A DNA stretch of 64,000 nt, from contig JAZDMS010000010.1 of NCBI GenBank assembly GCA_043800705.1, positions 64,001-128,000 on the forward strand, in the 5' to 3' direction. The notes below the pieces were generated by a model that worked only from the letters and a program-made list of their open reading frames with translations, ran no database searches and had not been told where the DNA came from. This document shows positions 9,387 through 17,335 of the stretch, piece after piece (the stretch's first letter is position 1; each line of letters starts with the position of its first letter). Origin of the DNA: Candidatus Altiarchaeota archaeon. Lineage in GTDB: Archaea > Altiarchaeota > Altiarchaeia > IMC4 > SCGC-AAA252-I15. A program made the position numbers and the translations under genes.

Positions 9387-10376
9387 TTATGCCACCTCCC
9401 TGTATGGTTCCTGGTTGGTGAGCATGTGCCAGATGATGGTCGCCATTTTCCGGGCGGTGCTTCTTCTGGCGGTTTGCATGCCTTTTCTTTTTTGGATTTT
9501 GTAGTAGTGTTTCATGAATCTTGTGTCGATTGTTGCAGCTTTCCCGGAGGATTCGTAGAGTATCCATTTGAGCCATTTGTTGACTGCGTGTTTTTCTACG
9601 GTGTGTTCTTTGCTGCCGGATTGGTAGATTCCGGGGCATAGTCCGCAGTAGCTGATGAGGTGTTGGGGTGTTTTGAATCGTTTTATGTCTCCGATTTCCG
9701 CCAGGATGAACAGGGCTGAGTATTCAGCTACTCCGGGCAGGCTCATCAGCAAACTTGTTTGATGGTTGCTGCGGCTTATTTTTTCTATCCGGTTTTTGGC
9801 TTCTTGTTCTTCGGCGTGTACGGTGTCGTAGACGTTCAGGAGGTTGGTGGTGTTCTGGTCCTGGTTTTGTTTTTTGAAGGCTGTTAGCATCTTTTTTGTC
9901 CAGAGGTTTTTGGGGCAGGTTTGACCTTCCCGAATGAGATTCGTCTTTATTTTGGTTTTTACCTGTGTTTGTATCCTGGTTATGCTGCTTTTGTGTCTGC
10001 ATAGGTCTCGTAGTTTCTGTGTTTCTTCGCCGGGTATGTAGACTTCGGGCAGGTAGTTGGTTCGCAGCAGGTCTGCGAGTATTTTGGCGTCGCCCCAGTC
10101 TGTTTTTTTGTTTGCGGCAAGTTGGTGTGTTTTTAGGGGATTAGCTAGTTTGACTGTGTATCCGAGTGTTGTTAGGTTTCTGTATGCTGGTCGCCACATT
10201 CCGCAGGCTTCTACGGCTACTGTCAGATGGGTGTTAGGTATCCCTGTCACGAACCGTTCAACAGCGTCTTTTCTGGCGGGGAATTCATTCTCCCGAACGA
10301 CTTTTCCCCTGGCATCCATGATGCACCCGGTGTACTTTTCCTTGTGTATGTCCAACCCGCAAAACAACTGATCCAT
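9387..10376 (-). CDS. IS110-family DEDD transposase/recombinase
   Basis: GLDIHK, AVEA, KTDWGDA, LPGV, YCGLCPGIYQSG; SD GGAGGTGA ahead of ATG 10376. Confidence 0.95.
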   Translation of the reverse strand: MDQLFCGLDIHKEKYTGCIMDARGKVVRENEFPARKDAVERFVTGIPNTHLTVAVEACGMWRPAYRNLTTLGYTVKLANPLKTHQLAANKKTDWGDAKILADLLRTNYLPEVYIPGEETQKLRDLCRHKSSITRIQTQVKTKIKTNLIREGQTCPKNLWTKKMLTAFKKQNQDQNTTNLLNVYDTVHAEEQEAKNRIEKISRSNHQTSLLMSLPGVAEYSALFILAEIGDIKRFKTPQHLISYCGLCPGIYQSGSKEHTVEKHAVNKWLKWILYESSGKAATIDTRFMKHYYKIQKRKGMQTARRSTARKMATIIWHMLTNQEPYREVA

Positions 10377-10506
10377 ATTTTTCACCTCCCCGGGGCTTAT
10401 AGACGGTAATAAGCCCCATAATAAACTATTTGCCTAAAGAAAAAGTTCTACTACCATCACGTTATGCGCCCCTGGGCGACAAGCCCAGGGTTCGAAGCCC
10501 AAAATA

Positions 10507-11121
10507 TTATTCTGTAAAAGAATGATTCAAGATATAGTCAGCTGGCAATACTTTCGACTCATCTTCATTATACCAGAAGCACTGTTTTTGTTTGCTATAG
10601 AAAGAGCTATTCATGTTGCAGCATATATTACAGCAAACATAGGAGTGATCAGGGATTTTAGTGACATAAAACTTTTTGAAGGTGTCATATCCGTCTTTTT
10701 CAAATTCACCAAAGAAACCCGTTACGTTAAACGGTTTAGCTCCGAAATACACTAATTTGCTGGTTTCCCTAGTCAGGCAGTTATCTGTTTTCATGTCCCA
10801 GAGGATGACGTCGTTATCCGCAAATGTGCAACTTTTGAATTTCGACTTTCTTGCTACTGCTGTTATATTCTCAATTCCAGCAGAAATTGTTTCAGTCCTA
10901 TTCGATATCCTTATAGGATACTCTTCAGAGGGTTCACAATTGAAGATATACCATCCATGGTAGTCGATAACTTTAGGGATCAAAGATAAATTCACTTGAA
11001 TAGTACTTGTAGAAATTGAGGATAATCTATGTGTCGTTGAAGTAATTCCTTGATTTGTGTCCGAACCAATACACCCACAAAAGAGTAATACCAGGGTTAA
11101 TGAAGGCAATATTTGATTCAC
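10507..11121 (-). CDS. Gene cassette 3, Cys-containing predicted lipoprotein
   Basis: LVLLFCGCIG lipobox-like N terminus, Ser/Thr linker, AT-rich. Confidence 0.7.
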   Translation of the reverse strand: MNQILPSLTLVLLFCGCIGSDTNQGITSTTHRLSSISTSTIQVNLSLIPKVIDYHGWYIFNCEPSEEYPIRISNRTETISAGIENITAVARKSKFKSCTFADNDVILWDMKTDNCLTRETSKLVYFGAKPFNVTGFFGEFEKDGYDTFKKFYVTKIPDHSYVCCNICCNMNSSFYSKQKQCFWYNEDESKVLPADYILNHSFTE

Positions 11122-11203
11122 ATTTATCTATACATCCTCTAGCAATAAAATCGTTTGGGTCGTTTGGGCTTCGAAAGTCAGTTCGCCGCAGCGAGCCGAT
11201 TGC

Positions 11204-11326
11204 GCATAACATTGGGGCTAAACGAAGTCCGCCGAGGAAACGCCGCCAGAGTGACTTTTGGGCGGATTTGGGCAACCACGTACCCCGACAAGGGGCAGAG
11301 AATTGCCGTTTAGCCCTGCGTTATCC
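11204..11326 (-). repeat. attC-like site 4
   Basis: Plus strand GCATAAC-ATTGGG-GCTAAACG...CGTTTAGC-CCTGC-GTTATCC; 123 bp. Confidence 0.8.
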
Positions 11327-11401
11327 GACCGAGCCCGGCAAGGGCGAGGCAAGCCCCTCCAAAAGGAGGGGCGTAGAGTCGCGGAGGGGCAATAGTTCTT
11401 A

Positions 11402-12289
11402 TTATTCCCTTAGCCGTAATCTTTTTTGATTTGTCTCGATTAATCTCAATCTTCTTTTTATTCGAGTCTGAGGTATTTGATTTCTTAGGAATATCATACC
11501 CTCATCAGTCAGTCTCCCAGCTTCTCTCTCACTAGGTTCTTGTAGATATCCCCGTCGTAAATATTCCTCTTCTGTCTCAATAATTTCTTTTTTAGTTTTT
11601 AGGGGTGGTTTTTGGACTGATAATACTATCACTCCATCAATACCGTATCCATCCATAAAATCAATGAGAGCAAGCTCATACGTACTATATAAACGTAATC
11701 CCCGAAAGGTCGATGCTGTATCTGTTAATGACTCCATATAAGGATTTTCTCTCCATCTTTGACAAAAGTAATTTTTACTTAATTTAAATAATCTCCAATA
11801 ATCTTTAATTCTTTTTTCATCTCTATCCAAAATTCTACTTTTTAGATGTTCATTTATAACAACACTATAATAGATCGGACTGATTACGGCAAGGGCAGAA
11901 TGAATTAATTCGTGTTCTAAGCTGTTTGTTTCATGTACTAGCTTTTCTGGCCCTTTGGAGTAAGGATAATCCGCCACACTGATAAGGTTATGGGTGAGAG
12001 AATAGCGTCCACCAACACTTTTCTTGTGTTTTATTGAAATCTGTAATGGTAATAACTCTTCAATAGGCACTTCCCAGATTTGTGATATTCGTTGAAATAA
12101 ACTTCTAACTATTGGAGTCATGTTTTCCAATCTAAACTTTCCACCCTCCTCCGGAACAATCAATAAACCATATGTCCTATCAGTCAATGAACGAGTATCA
12201 TACCCTTCCCAAATCTTTGGAAAAGAATCATTAAATCTTTGGTGAAATTCTTCAACCCGTTGGTCCTTATTTTTTTTCTTAATGTGCAT
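11402..12289 (-). CDS. Gene cassette 4, hypothetical protein with HExxH zinc-metallopeptidase motif
   Basis: SLEHELIHSA plus downstream E (YMESLT); ATG near 12289 chosen because the longer ORF crosses the recombination site. Confidence 0.6.
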   Translation of the reverse strand: MHIKKKNKDQRVEEFHQRFNDSFPKIWEGYDTRSLTDRTYGLLIVPEEGGKFRLENMTPIVRSLFQRISQIWEVPIEELLPLQISIKHKKSVGGRYSLTHNLISVADYPYSKGPEKLVHETNSLEHELIHSALAVISPIYYSVVINEHLKSRILDRDEKRIKDYWRLFKLSKNYFCQRWRENPYMESLTDTASTFRGLRLYSTYELALIDFMDGYGIDGVIVLSVQKPPLKTKKEIIETEEEYLRRGYLQEPSEREAGRLTDEGMIFLRNQIPQTRIKRRLRLIETNQKRLRLRE

Positions 12290-12342
12290 ACACACCAATA
12301 AGATATCTGAACAATGACTATATATTGCCCCTCCGTGATTTC

Positions 12343-12410
12343 GGATAACACCGATTACCCGCAATTGTTGCGGGTAATCGCTCTTTTGGGCTGGTTACCC
12401 GCAGTTATGG
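12343..12410 (-). other. Array-proximal recombination site (candidate attI or atypical attC)
   Basis: Core GTTATCC on minus strand, perfect 13-bp hairpin 12352-12380, direct repeat TTACCCGCA at 12355 and 12395. Confidence 0.5.
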
Positions 12411-12494
12411 GCATTATTTTTCCGATGCTCTGTGGGCCGTGGTTTTGGTCTTTATCGTTGGGGTTTTATATTCGCCGGCCGCCTTTTTCTTTGT

Positions 12495-12677
12495 ATGGAA
12501 TGCAGGAGGGCCTTGAATTTGAAGGCCTGCAATTGCACGTATCCGTGTGAGCGGAGGGGTTTGTGTTGCGAGTGCGTGGCATATCATCGGAAGCGGAATG
12601 AGCTGCCGGCCTGCTATTTTGATAAAGATGCTGAGAAGTCGTATGATCGGAGCATTGAGCGATTTATGCAAGGCTAA
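12495..12677 (+). CDS. Small Cys-rich protein (DUF6485-like)
   Basis: [20 protein letters not shown]...LPACYF. Confidence 0.75.
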   Translation: MECRRALNLKACNCTYPCERRGLCCECVAYHRKRNELPACYFDKDAEKSYDRSIERFMQG

Positions 12678-12710
12678 GGCCGAAAATTGAGGACTAAAGA
12701 TGTAATCGGG

Positions 12711-13367
12711 TCAGTCTTCGTCTGTGCAGCAGCATTTTCTGCTGTGTTCGCTGCAGGGGCCTTTGGTGAGCGGCATCTGTATGTCTGGGGAGGTGCAGTT
12801 GTAGTTGGTGCAGTAGAATATGCCGTATCCTTCGTCGTCGCAGGCAAAGTCGCATTCGTTCAGGTATTTGGTTATGCAGCGGCCGTATTCGCACCTTTCA
12901 TAGATGTCGCAGGCTAATACGGCTGTGTTCTTCGGCTTGCCGAGGCAGTAGCTGTCCGGGTGGCCGCGGTTCACGCACGTATACGTCGTCGAGTAGTTCC
13001 ATATCGTGTTCCCCTTGCATTTGAGTTCCGATACGACTAATCCGCCGCAGTCCGCTTCGGAATTGCAGCGTTTGCCTTTGAGGGTCGTGGTCGTAGTGGA
13101 TGACGTGGTCTCTGATGACGATGTAGTGGTCGTGGATTCTGTCGATGTCGTCGTCGAGGTGGTAGTGGTGGACGACGTGGTGGTCGTGATGGTGGATGAT
13201 GTGGTCGTGGTCGTCGACGAAGTCGGCAGGACAATGTACCATACGCTGTTGAGGACGGCTTCGGCTGAATTCACGAATAGGGCCGAGGGGATTAAAAGCA
13301 GCAGAACGAGCATTATGCCCATTATTGCGACGAGGGCCGTCATGACGGCCTCTTCCTTGGCGACCAT
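12711..13367 (-). CDS. Membrane-anchored Thr-rich, Cys-rich surface protein
   Basis: N-terminal TM, poly-Thr/Ser linker, many Cys. Confidence 0.75.
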   Translation of the reverse strand: MVAKEEAVMTALVAIMGIMLVLLLLIPSALFVNSAEAVLNSVWYIVLPTSSTTTTTSSTITTTTSSTTTTSTTTSTESTTTTSSSETTSSTTTTTLKGKRCNSEADCGGLVVSELKCKGNTIWNYSTTYTCVNRGHPDSYCLGKPKNTAVLACDIYERCEYGRCITKYLNECDFACDDEGYGIFYCTNYNCTSPDIQMPLTKGPCSEHSRKCCCTDED

Positions 13368-13463
13368 GGTACTTTATCCCGTCCGGAATATATTAATCGC
13401 TCTGTGTATGGGCGGTTTTTATACTCTGGCTCGGATTTCTATCCATCAGAGGTGATTTGTAAT

Positions 13464-13892
13464 ATGGTTAAAGCATCTATCGGTAAGAGGGTCGTGGCGT
13501 ATATTATCGACAGCGTCCTCGTAGGCGTCATCGTGGGCGTTATCATCGGCGGGGCGATGGTGTTGTCCATCGTGCTGGCTTCGATGAGCGACTCGTTGGG
13601 GGCGATGTCGATGATCCTGTCGTTCGGGGCGATGGGCATATCCATGATTCTGGCGTTCGGCTACTTTCTAGTCCGGGACGGGATGGGCTCGGGCAGGAGC
13701 GTCGGAAAGAAGCTGATGGGCTTGAAGGTCATGAAGGGCGGCAGCCCGTGTTCGTACGTCGATTCGGTCAAGAGGAACATAACATTCATCGTTCCCATAC
13801 TGGGCATGATCGAGCTGATTATGCCGTTCGTCGACGCGGAAGGCCTCAGGTTCGGGGACAAGATTGCGAACACGAAGGTAGTGGACGCATAG
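13464..13892 (+). CDS. RDD family membrane protein
   Basis: ASIGKRVVAYIID...GKKLMGLKV...RFGDKIANTKV; SD GAGGTGA. Confidence 0.9.
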   Translation: MVKASIGKRVVAYIIDSVLVGVIVGVIIGGAMVLSIVLASMSDSLGAMSMILSFGAMGISMILAFGYFLVRDGMGSGRSVGKKLMGLKVMKGGSPCSYVDSVKRNITFIVPILGMIELIMPFVDAEGLRFGDKIANTKVVDA

Positions 13893-13935
13893 GCGTCCAC
13901 TCCCCCTATTTCTTTTATTACTCTCATACTCTATT

Positions 13936-14415
13936 ATGGTTTCCGCATCCGATGAGAGGTTCATGCGTAAGGCGATAGAGGTCGCGAAGAAGGGGATAGA
14001 GGCCGGCCAGACCCCGTTCGGCTCATGTATAGTCAAGGGGGGCCGGGTCGTTGCGGCGTGCCACAACACCGTTTGGGGCACATGCGACCCCACAGCCCAC
14101 TCCGAGGTCAACACAGTCAGGGAGGCGTGCAGGAAGCTCAAGAATATCGGCCTGTCCGGGTGTACCATATATTCGACGACGGAGCCGTGTCCGATGTGCT
14201 TCAGCGCATGCCATTGGGCGAAGGTCGGCAGGATCGTCTACGGGGACGGCATACTCGATGCGCAATCGGCGGGGTTCAACGAGCTCACCATCTCCAACAG
14301 GAAGATGAAGTGGGGCGGGGACAGCCCCGTCGAGATAGAGGGCGGCGTATTGAGGAAGGAGTGCAAGGAGCTGTTCGAGGAATGGGCTAAGAAGAGGAAG
14401 TGTAGGACCTACTGA
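13936..14415 (+). CDS. Nucleoside/guanine deaminase (CDA family)
   Basis: PFG, DPTAHSE, EPCPMC. Confidence 0.9.
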   Translation: MVSASDERFMRKAIEVAKKGIEAGQTPFGSCIVKGGRVVAACHNTVWGTCDPTAHSEVNTVREACRKLKNIGLSGCTIYSTTEPCPMCFSACHWAKVGRIVYGDGILDAQSAGFNELTISNRKMKWGGDSPVEIEGGVLRKECKELFEEWAKKRKCRTY

Positions 14416-14813
14416 TTGTTCCGCCTATGGCGTTGTTTCGGGTTGTATGTCTAGCTTTCCTTGGAGAACAGGAACCATGCTTCGCTGGACAGATTTAGCC
14501 TCTTCTCTTGAAGGTTCCTCGTCCCCTTAGCTAGCTGATACGTCAGTCCCCTGATATTTAAATATAATCCCGATGGTTAATCTAATGGAAAGATAGAGGA
14601 AACCAGGTTGGATAAAGTTGGGGCTTGACCGTAAAAAAGATGAAGAGCTGATTAATAAGATTCTAGGTGAGATGGAAGAAACAGGGGATGTCAAAGCCAT
14701 TGTTGTGTTCGTAACCGGAGAAGTAAAAAATTTCCAGAGCCAAAGACCATAAAGGAGGAAAAAAAAGAAATAATATCACACTTGGGGTAATCAAATCCCC
14801 ATAATTATAGTCG

Positions 14814-15614
14814 TCATGCAGTCTTATCCTCTCCCGGAGTTGGAGCTATGAATCCGTCAACCTTGACTCTTCCGCCGTATTTGTCTGCGAGGTGCTCTAT
14901 CTCACCTCTGAGTTTTTCTACCGAAAAGGTGTCATCCTGCGGGTCGCCGATGGCCACAACCATGTAGGGGTCTTCTTTTGTCAACATTTCTCCAAATCCA
15001 TGGGGCCCCATTGCTATTGAGATGCTGATCTCTATCTCCTGCCTGGCATATTCGTAGTGTTTCTCCAGGTATCTCCTGCTTATGACAAATCCGGGCGGTA
15101 GGCCTCGGGATTTTGCGCAGTCGAATCTGCCGCTGCCATCATAATATGTGATCCTAGCGATATGTCTCCCCTTTGGCCTTAGCATGTTTTTTCCTAAGAT
15201 AAGGCCTTTGTAGTGCACATCCAGGGCTTCAGCCAGCTTTTTTGACCATTCAACACCATATTTGTCTGTTATGTTGCATTCAAGACCTGCGTTTTTTGCG
15301 TATATTCCGCATGCGCCGCAGCCTTGATGGGCTGTTACACCTTCCACTTCAGCGTCACGTAAGACGTCCACTGTTTTGTCTAATCCAAGGAGTATGCCTT
15401 GTCCAGCCAACCTAATCCCTCCAGGAGTTCCCTCGTCTATGCAACGTACAACCCGGTCAGAGCGGATAAATGCCGCAGATAAGTCTCGAAGACTCAGAGA
15501 ATAGGCTGAAAAACCCTCGGCATATATCCTCCTATACATGCCCTGTTGTGGCCTCCAATTCATCCTCTTCACTTCGTGTATGCTGTGGCCACGGGTTCTA
15601 CTTGAGTTATCCAC
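14814..15614 (-). CDS. Putative zeta/beta-like carbonic-anhydrase-fold metalloprotein
   Basis: RCIDEG...AHQGCGA Cys/His/Cys ligand pattern. Confidence 0.45.
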   Translation of the reverse strand: MDNSSRTRGHSIHEVKRMNWRPQQGMYRRIYAEGFSAYSLSLRDLSAAFIRSDRVVRCIDEGTPGGIRLAGQGILLGLDKTVDVLRDAEVEGVTAHQGCGACGIYAKNAGLECNITDKYGVEWSKKLAEALDVHYKGLILGKNMLRPKGRHIARITYYDGSGRFDCAKSRGLPPGFVISRRYLEKHYEYARQEIEISISIAMGPHGFGEMLTKEDPYMVVAIGDPQDDTFSVEKLRGEIEHLADKYGGRVKVDGFIAPTPGEDKTA

Positions 15615-15709
15615 CCGTTGTCTTATGTTGCTCCCGGTTTATTAACTTTGACTGGGAGGTTTTGTTTCTTCCAATGATTAATTAATAGAAACCCTATGAC
15701 AAGAGTAAG

Positions 15710-17335
15710 ATGAAGATTGGACTTGCGCAGCTGAATCCGACCGTGGGCGATCTAGACGGGAACCTTGCGAAGATGGGGGCCGCACTCGAAAAGTCCTCGG
15801 GCGCGGACCTGGTGGTCTTCCCGGAGCTGTTTCTGACAGGTTATCCGCCGAAGGACCTCCTTCAGAACAAGGGATTTTTCAAAAGGTCGCAGAAGGCGGT
15901 GCGGGAGGCGCTCAGGCTTACGGCAAAGACAGAGAAGCACATCCTCTTCGGCGCTCCTGTCAGTGTGGACGGATCCCTCTACAACGGCGCCATACTGGCG
16001 GGGAAGGGGCGGCTCGTCTTCGTCCAGCACAAGTCACTCCTGCCGACGTACGATGTCTTCGACGAGGGGCGGTATTTCAGCTCCGCTAAGAAGATATCGA
16101 CCGTCCGGCTCGGCGGCGAAATCCTGGGGATCTCCATATGCGAGGACGCATGGAACGCCCCGCCGGTTTCGAAGGCGCGCAGATACCCGGTCGATCCGAT
16201 AACCGTCCTTGCCTTAGCAGGCGCGACACTTCTAATAAACCTCTCGGCGTCGCCGTTCCAGCTAGGCAAGGAGGAGATTAGGGTGAAGACATTGGGAGCC
16301 CACGCGAGGAGGCACGGGATCCCGTTCGTCTACGTCAACCAGGTGGGCGCGAACGACGAGCTCGTCTTCGACGGCAGGAGCATGGCATTCGACCCGAAAG
16401 GTAGGCCGACCTTCGTGTCGCCTCCGTTCGTAGAGTGTGTACGCCTCATAGACACCAGTGCCGCGGGCAGGCCGTCCATACACGTCCCGCAGGATAGGAT
16501 CACGAGCCTGCGCCAGGCCCTCGTCCTCGGGATCAGGGACTACATGAGCAAATGCGGATTTAGGCAGGCGGTCCTCGGCCTCTCCGGCGGAGTGGATTCC
16601 GCGGTGTCTGCGGTTTTGGCGGCTGAGGCTGCGGGTGCCGGGAACGTCCTCGGCGTCGCGATGCCTGGTCCCTACTCCTCGAAGGGCAGCCTCACTGACG
16701 CGCAGAATCTTGCCGAGAACCTCGGGATCCATTTCATGGTCGTGCCGATAGGCGGAGCATTCGATGCCTATCTGGAATCGCTCGCCCCGGCGTTCGAAGG
16801 CCTGCATTCGGACCACGCGGAGGAAAACATCCAGGCGAGGATCCGGGGCAACATACTCATGGCGTTATCCAACAAGTTCGGCCACCTCGTCCTGTCCACC
16901 GGCAACAAGAGCGAACTGTCCGTCGGCTACTGCACCCTCTACGGCGACATGAGCGGGGGCCTCGCCGCGATCAGTGACGTCCCGAAGACGCTGATTTACG
17001 AGCTGGCGAGGAACATCAACCGCGGCAGGACGATCATACCAGCGTCGTCGATCACGAAGCCGCCTTCCGCGGAGCTTCGGTCGAACCAGACGGACCAGGA
17101 CAGCCTCCCCCCATATGAGGTGCTCGACCGGATATTGTCCCATTATATCGACGAAGGCCTCGGAAGGGACGAAATCGTGCGAAAGAGGCTATCTGCGAAG
17201 ACCGTCGATTGGGTGCTGAAGACCGTCAACGCGAACGAGTACAAGCGCAGGCAGGCGGCGCCGGGGATAAAGGTGACGTCGAAGGCGTTCGGCTCAGGCA
17301 GGAGGATGCCGATAGCTGCGAGATATTCGCTTTAG
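15710..17335 (+). CDS. nadE: Glutamine-dependent NAD+ synthetase
   Basis: Nitrilase domain (FPEL, ICED) plus SGGVDS, ENIQARIRG, TGNKSE, GYCTLYGD. Confidence 0.97.
   Translation: MKIGLAQLNPTVGDLDGNLAKMGAALEKSSGADLVVFPELFLTGYPPKDLLQNKGFFKRSQKAVREALRLTAKTEKHILFGAPVSVDGSLYNGAILAGKGRLVFVQHKSLLPTYDVFDEGRYFSSAKKISTVRLGGEILGISICEDAWNAPPVSKARRYPVDPITVLALAGATLLINLSASPFQLGKEEIRVKTLGAHARRHGIPFVYVNQVGANDELVFDGRSMAFDPKGRPTFVSPPFVECVRLIDTSAAGRPSIHVPQDRITSLRQALVLGIRDYMSKCGFRQAVLGLSGGVDSAVSAVLAAEAAGAGNVLGVAMPGPYSSKGSLTDAQNLAENLGIHFMVVPIGGAFDAYLESLAPAFEGLHSDHAEENIQARIRGNILMALSNKFGHLVLSTGNKSELSVGYCTLYGDMSGGLAAISDVPKTLIYELARNINRGRTIIPASSITKPPSAELRSNQTDQDSLPPYEVLDRILSHYIDEGLGRDEIVRKRLSAKTVDWVLKTVNANEYKRRQAAPGIKVTSKAFGSGRRMPIAARYSL

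Larger units (their letters stand above)
9150..10459 (-). mobile_element. IS1111-type (IS110 family) insertion sequence B inserted in attC
   Basis: Perfect 15-bp subterminal IRs TAGAACTTTTTCTTT (9155-9169) and 10436-10450; CA at both junctions (9148-9149, 10458-10459). Confidence 0.88.
9035..10467 (-). repeat. attC-like site 3, split by IS B (halves 9035-9149 and 10460-10467)
   Basis: Removing the IS restores CGCTTAGCCGCACGTTATGC, matching the end of site 2 (CGCTTAGCCGTACGTTATAC). Confidence 0.8.

Noticed and set aside
6528-11326. Repeats as CRISPR array or REP/MITE family
   Set aside because: They are about 120 bp, separated by whole genes, lack cas genes, and show cassette-wise core complementarity typical of attC
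13085-13220. GTC/GTG-rich tract as a tandem repeat element
   Set aside because: Encodes a poly-Thr/Ser linker with varied codons
6400-13400. Integron integrase next to the array
   Set aside because: No ORF in the window shows tyrosine-recombinase R-H-x-x-R-H-Y motifs
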